Of a stretch of DNA of 64,000 nt, positions 26,458 to 36,324 are shown in pieces. The DNA is taken from NCBI GenBank assembly GCA_023453795.1, contig JAEXSP010000017.1, positions 6,655 through 70,654 on the forward strand, read 5' to 3'. Under the pieces are notes generated by a model, which did not search any database, was not told the DNA's origin, and was given only the letters and a program-made list of their open reading frames with translations. Each line of letters starts with the position of its first letter. Position 1 is the first letter of the stretch. The stretch comes from Bacillota bacterium. GTDB taxonomy: Bacteria > Bacillota > Clostridia > Acetivibrionales > JAEXSP01. Both the position numbers and the translations under genes were made by a program.

Positions 26458-29400
26458 ATGGCAAAAATTGAAACTATGGATGGCAACCAAGCTGCAGCGT
26501 ACGCTTCCTATGCTTTTACGGATGTGGCTGCAATATACCCGATAACACCTTCGTCACCAATGGCGGAAGGCGTTGATGAATGGTCTTCCCATGGGAAGAA
26601 AAATATATTCGGACAACAGGTGAAGGTTGTAGAAATGCAGTCTGAGGCAGGCGCTGCTGGTGCTATGCACGGATCACTGCAGGCCGGAGCTCTTACAACC
26701 ACCTATACTGCCTCTCAAGGACTTTTACTTATGATTCCGAACATATATAAAATGGCAGGGGAGCTTTTACCGGGTGTATTGCATGTATCTGCCAGGGCCC
26801 TGGCGGTGCACGCCCTGTCGATATTCGGAGATCATCAGGATGTGATGGCCTGCCGACAGACTGGTGCGGTTTTGCTTGCATCTTCAAGCGTTCAGGAAGT
26901 CATGGACTTGGGCTGCATAGCGCACCTATCAGCAATAAGCACAAGACTTCCATTCATACACTTCTTCGATGGCTTCAGAACCTCGCATGAATATCAGAAA
27001 ATCCATACAATTGAATATGATGAACTTGCGAAAATAGTGGACTACAGGGCTATCAGGGAATTCAGGATCAGGGCTTTGAATCCCGAACACCCGGTTGCAA
27101 GAGGAACGGCACAGAACCCGGACATTTACTTCCAGGGAAGAGAAGCTTCCAATAAATTTTATAACATGGTTCCTGATATAGTAGACGGTTATATGCAGAC
27201 AATTAAAAGAATTACCGGAAGGGAATACAGGCCGTTTAACTATTATGGCGCCCCTGATGCGGAAAGTATAATTGTGGCAATGGGTTCGGCATGCGATACC
27301 ATAGAAGAAACAGTGGATTACCTGATGAGCAAAGGGGAAAAGGTAGGATACATCAAGGTACATCTTTATAGGCCTTTCTCAGAGAAATTCTTCTTCAACA
27401 TTTTTCCGAGAACTGTTAAAAAAATAGCTGTCCTTGACAGGACCAAAGAGCCTGGAGCGCCCGGAGAGCCATTATATCTTGATGTTGCAAAATTATTTTA
27501 TCAGTCGGATATGAAGCCTTTGATCCTTGGAGGAAGGTATGGGTTGGGATCAAAAGATACCAGGCCTTCACAGATCATTGCAGTCTTTGATAACCTGAAA
27601 TCAGAGAAGCCTAAGGATAATTTTACAATCGGAATTGTAGACGATGTAACCAATACTTCGCTTCCTGAGGGTGAGATCGTAGAAACAACTCCTGAGGGAA
27701 CGATAAGCTGCAAATTCTGGGGACTGGGTTCAGACGGTACGGTGGGTGCCAATAAGTCGGCAGTAAAAATAATAGGAGACAACACTGAGCTTTACGCTCA
27801 GGCCTATTTTTCCTATGATAGTAAGAAATCAGGAGGGACAACGGTTTCCCACCTTAGATTTGGCAAAAAGCCGATTAAATCGCCGTATCTTGTATATAAC
27901 GCCAATTATATAGCCTGCCATAACAAGGCTTTCATATACAATTACGACATATTGAAGGGGCTCAAAAAAAACGGGGTATTTGTTCTGAATTGTCCGTGGA
28001 AAGCTGAAGAGCTGGAGGAGAAGCTTCCTGCAGCATTAAAAAGGTATCTTGCAGACAACAGCATTAACTTTTACACAATTGATGCAATGGCTATAGCAAA
28101 TGAAGTAGGGCTTGGAAACAGGATCAACATGATAATGCAGAGCGCTTTTTTCAAGCTGGCCAACGTAATACCTGTTGAAGAAGCCGTTAAATACCTGAAG
28201 AATTCGGTTGAAAAGACATATGGCAAAAAGGGGCAGAAAATTGTTGAAATGAACAATGCTGCTATCGACAGGGGCATACATGCCCTGATTAAGGTTGATG
28301 TACCATCCTCCTGGGCAAATGCAGCCGATGAAGAAAAAAGCGTAAAAGAAGTACCTGATTTCGTTAAAAGAATCCAAAGACCCATGGAAAGACATGAGGG
28401 TGATGAACTGCCTGTAAGTGCTTTCTTGGGGATGGAAGACGGAACCTTCCCTCTAGGAACTACCGCTTATGAAAAAAGGGGAATTGCACCGATGGTTCCA
28501 GAGTGGCAGATAGATAAATGCATACAGTGCGGCAGGTGCTCTTATGTGTGTCCGCATTCCACAATAAGGCTTTTCCTTCTTAACGATGAAGAGGTAAAGA
28601 AAGCTCCTGAAAGCTTTAAAACTAAAAAGGCTATGGGAAAAGGCATGGAACATCTGGGATTCCGTGTACAGGTTGCACCCCTGGATTGTACGGGCTGCGG
28701 CAACTGTGCCGATGTTTGTCCTACAGAGGAAAAGGCGATTATCATGAAATCCGCCGACCAGGAAATTGAGGCAGAGACTGAGAACTGGGAATATGCAATG
28801 ACTGTTACCGCAAAGGATGATTTAATGGACCCCAAGACATTGAAAGGAAGCCAGTTTGTAAGGCCGCTGCTTGAATTCAACGGAGCTTGTCCGGGATGTG
28901 GAGAGACGCCGTACATCAGACTGCTGACACAGCTGTTTGGAGACAGAATGATGATTGCCAATGCAACCGGCTGTTCATCCATTTGGGGTGCAAGCGCTCC
29001 ATCAATTGCATATTCGACAAATGCGGAAGGCAAAGGACCTGCATGGGCGAATTCCTTATTTGAAGACAATGCTGAATACGGCTACGGTATGTATCTCGGA
29101 GTCAGACAGATAAGGGAAAGATTGGCCGATCTTATGGAACAGGCCATTGATTCCGATATTGATGATTGCTTGAAGGACGCTTTCAGACAATGGCTCAAGG
29201 GCATGGATGATGCCGATGCATCCAAGAAAGCAGCTAAAAAAATATTTGACTTTCTTGAGGGCTTGGATTATAGCAATAATAAAGCAGTTCAGGAGATAAT
29301 GGAAAAGAAGGATTATCTGATAAAGCGTTCGATCTGGATGATAGGCGGAGACGGATGGGCGTATGACATCGGTTACGGAGGACTTGACCAGGTCATTTCC

Positions 29401-29979
29401 TCAGGCGATGACGTTAACATTTTTGTCCTGGATACAGAGATATACTCAAATACTGGTGGACAGTCTTCAAAGGCAACACCTACTGCGGCAGTTGCCAAAT
29501 TTGCGGCAGCGGGCAAGAAGGTAAGGAAGAAAGATCTCGGCATGATGGCAATGAGCTACGGATATGTCTATGTAGCACAGATTTCAATGGGTGCAAATAT
29601 GAACCACGCCATAAAGGCAATAGCAGAGGCTGAAGCGTATAACGGACCATCTCTGGTTATAGCTTACGCACCATGCATAAGCCATGGAATAAAGTCGGGC
29701 ATGGGAACCAGCATAGCAGAAGAGAAAAAGGCTGTGGAAGCCGGGTACTGGCATTTATACAGGTACAATCCGGTTTTGGCGGAACAGGGTAAGAATCCGT
29801 TCATACTTGATTCCAAAGAGCCGACCGACTCCTACAAGGACTTCATCAATGGGGAAGTGAGATACTCACAGTTGATGAATGTATTTCCTGAAACCGCCGG
29901 GGACATGTACAATGTGGCGGAGAAGCATGCCAAAGAAAAGTATGCAATGTATAAGAGGTTAGCTGAAATGAAGTACTAA
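26458..29979 (+). CDS. nifJ: Pyruvate:ferredoxin (flavodoxin) oxidoreductase, single-polypeptide type
   Basis: 1173 aa beginning MDGNQAAAYASYAFTDVAAIYPITPSSPMAE. Two ferredoxin-like Cys clusters are present (CIQCGRCSYVCP and CTGCGNCADVCP). A TPP-binding GGDGWAYDIGYGGLD block is also present. Confidence 0.97.
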   Translation: MAKIETMDGNQAAAYASYAFTDVAAIYPITPSSPMAEGVDEWSSHGKKNIFGQQVKVVEMQSEAGAAGAMHGSLQAGALTTTYTASQGLLLMIPNIYKMAGELLPGVLHVSARALAVHALSIFGDHQDVMACRQTGAVLLASSSVQEVMDLGCIAHLSAISTRLPFIHFFDGFRTSHEYQKIHTIEYDELAKIVDYRAIREFRIRALNPEHPVARGTAQNPDIYFQGREASNKFYNMVPDIVDGYMQTIKRITGREYRPFNYYGAPDAESIIVAMGSACDTIEETVDYLMSKGEKVGYIKVHLYRPFSEKFFFNIFPRTVKKIAVLDRTKEPGAPGEPLYLDVAKLFYQSDMKPLILGGRYGLGSKDTRPSQIIAVFDNLKSEKPKDNFTIGIVDDVTNTSLPEGEIVETTPEGTISCKFWGLGSDGTVGANKSAVKIIGDNTELYAQAYFSYDSKKSGGTTVSHLRFGKKPIKSPYLVYNANYIACHNKAFIYNYDILKGLKKNGVFVLNCPWKAEELEEKLPAALKRYLADNSINFYTIDAMAIANEVGLGNRINMIMQSAFFKLANVIPVEEAVKYLKNSVEKTYGKKGQKIVEMNNAAIDRGIHALIKVDVPSSWANAADEEKSVKEVPDFVKRIQRPMERHEGDELPVSAFLGMEDGTFPLGTTAYEKRGIAPMVPEWQIDKCIQCGRCSYVCPHSTIRLFLLNDEEVKKAPESFKTKKAMGKGMEHLGFRVQVAPLDCTGCGNCADVCPTEEKAIIMKSADQEIEAETENWEYAMTVTAKDDLMDPKTLKGSQFVRPLLEFNGACPGCGETPYIRLLTQLFGDRMMIANATGCSSIWGASAPSIAYSTNAEGKGPAWANSLFEDNAEYGYGMYLGVRQIRERLADLMEQAIDSDIDDCLKDAFRQWLKGMDDADASKKAAKKIFDFLEGLDYSNNKAVQEIMEKKDYLIKRSIWMIGGDGWAYDIGYGGLDQVISSGDDVNIFVLDTEIYSNTGGQSSKATPTAAVAKFAAAGKKVRKKDLGMMAMSYGYVYVAQISMGANMNHAIKAIAEAEAYNGPSLVIAYAPCISHGIKSGMGTSIAEEKKAVEAGYWHLYRYNPVLAEQGKNPFILDSKEPTDSYKDFINGEVRYSQLMNVFPETAGDMYNVAEKHAKEKYAMYKRLAEMKY

Positions 29980-30070
29980 AGGCATAGGAGCAGATGCTTG
30001 AGCGGGGACTGTCCAGGAATATAGGACGGCCTCGCTTAAGGGCTGAAAGAGAGTATTTTTTATCTTCTTC

Positions 30071-31594
30071 CTATTTTACATGACGCATTATGATTTCTTC
30101 CTGCTTTTTGTTCTGTTGTATATCACTGTGAACAATTCTCCCGTCTTTTATGACATACTCAACCTGACATAAATCAGATATATCCTTTATCGGATTTGCC
30201 CTAAGGATAACGAAATCAGCGATTTTACCTTGATCTATACTTCCTAGTTCATCGGCAGCATCTAAGAGTTCCGCAGCATTTACCGTAGCGGTTCGTATAG
30301 CTTCATATTCATCCATTCCATGTTTTACAAAAAGCTCAAGTTCCTTGTAAAGGAAGCCATGGGGAACATATCCTGCACCGCCCATTCCCGAGTCTACGCC
30401 CGCTACAATTTTCACCCCGGATTTGATAGCGTTTTCAAAATTAACAGGGAAATACTTCTGCTTATAATTAGGCATCTCGGCATAAAACTTCACCCAATTC
30501 GGATCTGCCCCGGATTTTATAGCCTCCCTTTGCTTTTCCAAAGCCTTTTTGCCCATGGAATGATAGGGTTCTGATATAGCATCCTTCATTTCCTGTCGGC
30601 TGAACAAGTCGGGGTTTTCTATTAAATCCGCCCAATGATTAAAACAGTATGCCGTAGGAACCCAGTAGATCCCGGTTTCTTTCATTCGTTTGAAGGTTTC
30701 CCCGTCTATCAACCCAAGCGGTGTATGCTCGATGCTGTCCACACCTGCTTCAACTGCTTGTTTAATACCCTCAGGCAGGCAGATTGAGTGTGCGGATACC
30801 TTCAACCCTTCGTCATGAGAATATTTTACGATGGCTTTTAATACCTCCGGCCTCATACTTGCATCTAGGAGCCGGGGATCCACCTTTCTTTTTGTATAAA
30901 ACTCCCGGCTATCGGGATCATTCTCAATTAATGACAGATACGCACCCGGTGTGGTGGTTTTAATAAAATCCACTCCGGCCTTTTTCAATTCTTGAATGAC
31001 TTTAGGCACTTCTTGTGGCTTGTCGATATCAACAGATAAACCATGAGCACCAAAAATGACACTTAGAAGTTTTAATAAAACAGGAGGAGCAGGAATAAAT
31101 CTTTTTAAACTAAAATACCCATAGGGCGCTGATAATGCAGGACCGCTTGCAAAAATCCGGGGACCTATGTATTTCCTCGCGTTAACTTGATCTCTGAACT
31201 TTAGAATACTGTAACCAAAAGAACCGGGCATATTTCTAATTGTTGTTACACCGGATTTCAGTGTTAAGAAAGAATGCCGCAGATACTTTTTTGTCATGGA
31301 CTCCATACTGATTTTTCCGTAATCATCAACACCCGGATGGGCAAGATGCACGTGAGCATCAATCAACCCTGGAAGAATATAACGGCCTGAAAGTTTTAAG
31401 ACTTCTGCATTTTCAGGAATAGATATGGATTCAGCGGAGCCGATTTTATCAATCTTTCCACCTCTGCAAATAATGATACTGTTCTCATGAACAGTTTTCT
31501 CTAATACATCAATAATATTTACTCCTATTATGGCCAATACTTCGGAATGCTTATTGATACTGGGATTAGAGATCTCATGTTTTCTTTTTGTCAT
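30071..31594 (-). CDS. Amidohydrolase-family metal-dependent hydrolase
   Basis: The LIDAHVHLAHPG metal-binding motif, later HS/H and D blocks, and a typical length. GAAGGAG RBS. Confidence 0.85.
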   Translation of the reverse strand: MTKRKHEISNPSINKHSEVLAIIGVNIIDVLEKTVHENSIIICRGGKIDKIGSAESISIPENAEVLKLSGRYILPGLIDAHVHLAHPGVDDYGKISMESMTKKYLRHSFLTLKSGVTTIRNMPGSFGYSILKFRDQVNARKYIGPRIFASGPALSAPYGYFSLKRFIPAPPVLLKLLSVIFGAHGLSVDIDKPQEVPKVIQELKKAGVDFIKTTTPGAYLSLIENDPDSREFYTKRKVDPRLLDASMRPEVLKAIVKYSHDEGLKVSAHSICLPEGIKQAVEAGVDSIEHTPLGLIDGETFKRMKETGIYWVPTAYCFNHWADLIENPDLFSRQEMKDAISEPYHSMGKKALEKQREAIKSGADPNWVKFYAEMPNYKQKYFPVNFENAIKSGVKIVAGVDSGMGGAGYVPHGFLYKELELFVKHGMDEYEAIRTATVNAAELLDAADELGSIDQGKIADFVILRANPIKDISDLCQVEYVIKDGRIVHSDIQQNKKQEEIIMRHVK

Positions 31595-31727
31595 ATATTT
31601 AGCTCCTTCGCCATACGAGATAACGATATAGTTTGATGAAAATAATGTTTATAATTTGAATATATCACACAAGTGAACTTTTTCCCACATATTTGCAATA
31701 AGTATAAAAGAGAATGCAGTTTTAAGC

Positions 31728-32006
31728 TTATACTTTGAAAGCACGCTCTTTGCCCTGTATTATATTGAAGGATTTCTTGGATAACTCGTCTTTTTGAGAA
31801 AACAAATGATTTTGTATAACGACTGAAACATTTTTATTTTTATCTTTAACCAGTTTGACGAGGGAGGGGGTAGCGTCATAAGACAGGCATGTAAGATAAG
31901 AGGTATCTATTCTATTAGTTTTATAATACCTGTTGATGTTATTTTGTGCGATTAAAAGGAAAGGAGACCTCACAAAAACATCCGCCACACCTTCTAAGAG
32001 GCGCAT
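31728..32006 (-). CDS. Hypothetical protein (92 aa)
   Basis: Track ORF. Its ATG directly abuts the TAG stop of the upstream small ORF, in the same frame. I recognise no motif. Confidence 0.45.
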   Translation of the reverse strand: MRLLEGVADVFVRSPFLLIAQNNINRYYKTNRIDTSYLTCLSYDATPSLVKLVKDKNKNVSVVIQNHLFSQKDELSKKSFNIIQGKERAFKV

Positions 32007-32171
32007 CTACTTTTCATTTGTATCCACATACTCTTTGGCGTTCCTGACTTGAATTTCGCTTGGAATACTGACATTTGAAGCCTGTATTTTGGATTCAATA
32101 TTTGCCCATGCTGCCGTATCATGCTTTTCTATAGGCGCAGCCTTTGACTGTTTCTTAAATTTGTTTGCCAT
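32007..32171 (-). CDS. Small protein of 54 aa, DUF3787-like, not in the ORF track
   Basis: ATG at 32171 follows a strong AGGAGG RBS. Translation is MANKFKKQSKAAPIEKHDTAAWANIESKIQASNVSIPSEIQVRNAKEYVDTNEK. From memory, TAAWAN and a C-terminal EYVD.NEK match clostridial DUF3787 proteins. Confidence 0.55.
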   Translation of the reverse strand: MANKFKKQSKAAPIEKHDTAAWANIESKIQASNVSIPSEIQVRNAKEYVDTNEK

Positions 32172-32295
32172 GTTTAATCCTCCTGAAAGAATCTTTATGA
32201 ATATTTTCCTGCTATGATACAGAAATTATTCAGAGATTTATTTTGAATTTATTTTCTGCTTTTGCAGGGAATCAGATTATTCAGGAGGAATGCCG

Positions 32296-32577
32296 ATGGA
32301 TAAAAAGAATATGGACTTCGAATCAAACTTCGATATCGATAAGGTTTCATTTAACAATGTAAGCAACGACTTTGAAAAGGATTTTCGTAAAGCTTACCGG
32401 AACTCGCTTGAAAATATGTCGGATGCAAAGGATCCCCTTCAAAATGCGAGTGGAGCCAATACCTTGGGCATATTGGAAAAAATGGCTCAGCATATTAAGG
32501 ACTATGACAGGAAGAGTGATTTCGAAGAGAGCTACGAACAGCTTCTCAAGGAATACAGGCCGTTTACGGAGACTTAA
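32296..32577 (+). CDS. Hypothetical acidic protein (93 aa)
   Basis: Track ORF. I prefer the second ATG at 32296, which lies 7 nt from AGGAGGA, over 32290. Confidence 0.45.
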   Translation: MDKKNMDFESNFDIDKVSFNNVSNDFEKDFRKAYRNSLENMSDAKDPLQNASGANTLGILEKMAQHIKDYDRKSDFEESYEQLLKEYRPFTET

Positions 32578-32663
32578 TCAGGTTGTTAACACAGAGGCAT
32601 GCTAAAATGGCTTGTCTCTTTTTTATAAGGCAGAGTCACCATACAATACCAGCAACAAACCTG

Positions 32664-32693
32664 TTGACTTGTTAAAATAATTTATGCTATAAT
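32664..32693 (+). promoter_or_regulatory. Candidate sigma-A promoter for the tRNA-Val/tRNA-Thr pair
   Basis: TTGACT (32664..32669), an 18-nt spacer ending in TGc, then TATAAT (32688..32693). Confidence 0.5.
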
Positions 32694-32717
32694 AACTCTT
32701 GCCGTTGGAAATGACAC

Positions 32718-32793
32718 GGGCGCTTAGCTCAGCTGGGGGAGCACCTGCCTTACAAGCAGGGGGTCATAGGTTCGAGCCCTATAGTGCCCACCA
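32718..32793 (+). tRNA. tRNA-Val (anticodon UAC)
   Basis: GGGCGCT/AGTGCCC acceptor stem, anticodon loop CTTACAA, T-arm GGTTCGAGCC and an encoded CCA. Confidence 0.95.
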
Positions 32794-32829
32794 TTTTCCA
32801 ATCGAATTGGAAAAGTACAATTAAATATT

Positions 32830-32905
32830 GCTGGTGTAGCTCAGCAGGTAGAGCAATTGACTTGTAATCAATAGGTCGGGGGTTCGATTCCGTCCACCAG
32901 CTCCA
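32830..32905 (+). tRNA. tRNA-Thr (anticodon UGU)
   Basis: GCTGGTG/CACCAGC acceptor stem, anticodon stem-loop ATTGA-CTTGTAA-TCAAT, T-arm GGTTCGATTCC and an encoded CCA. Confidence 0.95.
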
Positions 32906-32935
32906 AAAGACTCTTGTTTATCAGGAGTCTTTTTG
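32906..32935 (+). terminator. Rho-independent terminator after the tRNA pair
   Basis: Stem AAGACTCTT/CAGGAGTCTT followed by TTTT. Confidence 0.8.
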
Positions 32936-32948
32936 TTATGGTTTCACT

Positions 32949-33659
32949 TTAAATTTTCACATCGATTTTTTTATATGCCTGACTGCTGTCATTATTATTC
33001 TCTGCTGCGGCAGATACTGACTCACTATTGATATTGTTATCAGCGTGTTTCTCATCACTAATATCCTGTTTATCCTCAGCCTGCTTTGAGTTCTCAATAT
33101 GATCCTGAACCTTGCGGAGCATATCGGAGGCATTTTTATTCAAGGTTCTTTCAGTTGACTCTATTTTTTGAAGCTCTTTTCTTTTAGCCGTTGAAGCGGT
33201 ACCCGAAACACCTCTGGTCTCGTCTATCTCAATCTCTTTTTTAAGTATTGCGCCTGTATTGTGAAAATTTTTCTTTAAGCTGCTGATTTTCTGAATATTT
33301 GAATATGCAGAGCCTGCTTCAATCAAATCTGTCATGCCTGACATGCTGAAGACGGCACCGGAATTGCCGGATACTTCCTGAGCTTCCGGTTGTTTTGATG
33401 CATCCTCTCCTGTACGCTCTTTGCTTTTATTCAATTTTTCTGCTTGCCTTTGCTGTATTTCGGCATCTATTTCCTGTATTTGATCCTGCAGCTGCTTTAC
33501 TTTTTCCTGTTTCGCCTTTTCATCCATTTTCCCTTCTTTTGTTTTTTGTATTAATTCCTGAAGGGTTTCCTTTTGCTTTAGAAGCAATTTTATAGGATCA
33601 TTATTGCTATTTACGGAATAGGAACTTCCGGTTTGAGATGAAATTGATGATATATTCAT
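32949..33659 (-). CDS. Coiled-coil protein, FlxA-like
   Basis: Gln/Lys/Glu-rich heptad region KVKQLQDQIQEIDAEIQQRQAEKL resembling FlxA-like proteins. GGAGG RBS. Confidence 0.5.
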   Translation of the reverse strand: MNISSISSQTGSSYSVNSNNDPIKLLLKQKETLQELIQKTKEGKMDEKAKQEKVKQLQDQIQEIDAEIQQRQAEKLNKSKERTGEDASKQPEAQEVSGNSGAVFSMSGMTDLIEAGSAYSNIQKISSLKKNFHNTGAILKKEIEIDETRGVSGTASTAKRKELQKIESTERTLNKNASDMLRKVQDHIENSKQAEDKQDISDEKHADNNINSESVSAAAENNNDSSQAYKKIDVKI

Positions 33660-33946
33660 AACTTGCCTCCATAATTTTTAATTATATAAATTGGATTAAA
33701 ATATCAACTTATATAATGTTTATCGGCATTTTCCAAAAAGGATTATACAATTTATCATAAATATGTAAAAATAAATTTAGTATTACGTTCCAGGCCCGGA
33801 ATTGCGGAATAACTGGCATAATTATCTTTATTGCTAATACATTTAATAAAAATTATTTTTTTTTGGGAACTTTGGCTTGTCTTGTTTAGTCTAATTATTA
33901 AGACCCGAAAGAAACCGGGATAAAATACTAAGAGAGGTGTATTAGA

Positions 33947-36100
33947 TTGAAAAAATTAGCTTTTGTAATGTGTTTGGTAATGCTATTTTCCTTTTCACTG
34001 CCTTCCTTCGTTTCGGCGGCAGATGACAAGGGGCTTGAGAATGCAATTAAAACAGCAAAAACTATGTTCAAGATTCCTTCTGATTTCGATTTCAATTATC
34101 AGATGAGTTTGGAAAACGGAAAAAGGATCTGGTCTCTGAGCTGGAACAGCAAGGATGGAACAAAAGGCGGAATTAATATAAGGCTTGATGATAATGGGGT
34201 ACTATTGGGATATGACAACTATAAGCCGACGGACAATATATCCAAAAAGCTTCCTAAGTACAGCAGGAAAGATGCACAGTCCAAGGCAGAAGCTTTTATT
34301 AAAAAGGTTAATCCGTCAGTGATGAGCCAGATTAAGCTTTACGATGCAGGGCAAACCAATTCGATTACCGACTATACATATTATTTTACCTATGTAAGAG
34401 TGGTAGGCAAAATTCCGTTTTACTCAAACAATGTAACACTGAGTATCAACAAGAATACAGGAGAGGTCGTAAACTACAGCTATAACTGGACGGATGGCTT
34501 GACATTCCCTGCTGCAGGAAAGGCAATGTCAGTCGTGGATGCGGGCAAAGCCTACATGAAGAACATAGGCCTAAAGCTTATTTACAAGTATAAGTCCGAA
34601 AATGATAAAGTTACTACATATCCGGCATATGTGCCTGTTGTGGGTGATAACTTTGCAATTGATGCATTGACCGGTGATAAGGTTCAGACAGGGAATAATT
34701 ATGTTATTTTCAACGACTATGAACGTAAAGTTATGTATTCGAAAGCTAAGGGAGATCAGCCTGTAGAACTTACGCCGGATGAAATAAAGGCAGTAGAAGA
34801 GGCTTCCAAGCTAATATCCAAGGAGGCGGCTGAAAAGATTGCAAGAAGCTGTGACACACTTAAGCTTACTGACGAATACAAATTGACATATATAAACCTT
34901 AATAAGGCATGGCCAAACAATAATGACACTTACTGGAGTATGAATTTCTCAACAGAAAATGGGGAGCTCAAAGCACCAAGAAAATCTGTTAATGTGACAA
35001 TAAACGCAAAAACAGGCGAAATTACAGCGTTTAATCAGGGTTCCAGTGCTGATGACAAGGATCCGGTAAAATTTGACGAAGCTTCGGCAAAAGCTGCGGT
35101 TAATGAATTCCTGAAGTCCTTTAATCCAGAAAAGTACAGTCAGGTTGAATATGATGAGACTAACGGCGGTTACCCTGTAATTAAAAGCAATGAAGACCAG
35201 AGAAGCTACAGTTTTACATACCTTAGAAAGGTTAACGGAATACAGTTCCCCGACAACAGCATATCCATATACTTCGATGCTGTCAGCGGTGAAATTACCT
35301 ATTATAGTATGACTTGGTTCAGTGTGGATTTTGTAAAGGTTGACAAGGTCATTTCCTTTGACAAGGCATATGAAAAAGCTTTCAGTCAAATTGGCTTGGA
35401 ACTCCAGTACAAGATCAAATATTCCGATGAAGAAGACGGCAGGAAGGTAATCCCTGCAGAAAGCACTGAAAAGCCCGAGGTTGTGCTTGTGTATTCACTG
35501 AATTCATTGAAGCCTTCCATTCTCGATGCAAATACAGGCATTGTCTTAGATTATGACGGCAATCCTTTTAAAGATGTTAATGCAGTAAAGTATTCTGATA
35601 TTAAGGGACATTCTGCCCAGAAACAAATCGAGGTGCTTGCTGAAGCGGGGATAAGTCTTGACGGCACTCAGTTTAAACCGAATGCCAAGATTACCCAGAA
35701 GGACTTTTTAACCCTTCTCTCAAAAATTATGCCTAACTATTATGGCCCGATCATACTTGAAAACAGTAAAACTACAGTTATAGACAGCTTTTATAGCTAC
35801 TTGCTCAATCAGAATGTTATAAAAGAATCCGAAAAGGCTCCGAATTCTGCAACTACCAAAGAAGATGCTGTCAAGTTCTTTATCAGAGCATTAAAATACA
35901 ATGAGGTAGCTGATATCAAAGGTATATTCAAATGCAGCTTCAAGGATTCAAGCAAGATAACACCAAGCCTTTACGGATATTTTGCAATCGCCGAGGGACT
36001 CAAGCTTGTCAGCGCAGACAAGAAAGGCAATGTAAACCCTAAGGCCGTACTTACCAGAGCGGATGCAATGGTCATGATATACAATTACCTGAGCCATTGA
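33947..36100 (+). CDS. Secreted cell-surface protein with repeated PepSY/YcdB-like modules and C-terminal SLH domains
   Basis: TTG start with a GAGAGGTG RBS, and a signal peptide. The C-terminal SLH-like segments are FKDVNAVKYSDIKGHSAQKQIEVLAEAGI and ...LTRADAMVMIYNYL. Confidence 0.75.
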   Translation: MKKLAFVMCLVMLFSFSLPSFVSAADDKGLENAIKTAKTMFKIPSDFDFNYQMSLENGKRIWSLSWNSKDGTKGGINIRLDDNGVLLGYDNYKPTDNISKKLPKYSRKDAQSKAEAFIKKVNPSVMSQIKLYDAGQTNSITDYTYYFTYVRVVGKIPFYSNNVTLSINKNTGEVVNYSYNWTDGLTFPAAGKAMSVVDAGKAYMKNIGLKLIYKYKSENDKVTTYPAYVPVVGDNFAIDALTGDKVQTGNNYVIFNDYERKVMYSKAKGDQPVELTPDEIKAVEEASKLISKEAAEKIARSCDTLKLTDEYKLTYINLNKAWPNNNDTYWSMNFSTENGELKAPRKSVNVTINAKTGEITAFNQGSSADDKDPVKFDEASAKAAVNEFLKSFNPEKYSQVEYDETNGGYPVIKSNEDQRSYSFTYLRKVNGIQFPDNSISIYFDAVSGEITYYSMTWFSVDFVKVDKVISFDKAYEKAFSQIGLELQYKIKYSDEEDGRKVIPAESTEKPEVVLVYSLNSLKPSILDANTGIVLDYDGNPFKDVNAVKYSDIKGHSAQKQIEVLAEAGISLDGTQFKPNAKITQKDFLTLLSKIMPNYYGPIILENSKTTVIDSFYSYLLNQNVIKESEKAPNSATTKEDAVKFFIRALKYNEVADIKGIFKCSFKDSSKITPSLYGYFAIAEGLKLVSADKKGNVNPKAVLTRADAMVMIYNYLSH

Positions 36101-36141
36101 CAAATTTTAAATTCATAAAATAGCAAGCACTGGACAAAAAA

Positions 36142-36171
36142 ACAAGCCGGTTTCAACCGGTTTGTTTTTTG
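36142..36171 (+). terminator. Rho-independent terminator
   Basis: Stem ACAAGCCGGT/ACCGGTTTGT (one G-T pair), loop TTCA, then a T-run. Confidence 0.8.
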
Positions 36172-36324
36172 TCATAGTTTCCGGCTGTGAGGGATAAGTT
36201 CTGCACCATATTTACTATTCTAATGAAGGATTTTTTATATATTTGACGAATTAATATAATGTATAATGCATAAGCTATCTAATAATTCAGCCATAAATAA
36301 TCTGTTTGTACAGGAGCACAGGCA

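Noticed and set aside
26508-29069. Multiple antisense track ORFs inside the PFOR gene (for example 28542..29069, 175 aa)
   Set aside because: The + strand frame is a full-length, motif-complete PFOR. The antisense ORFs have no RBS or motifs and are typical shadow ORFs.
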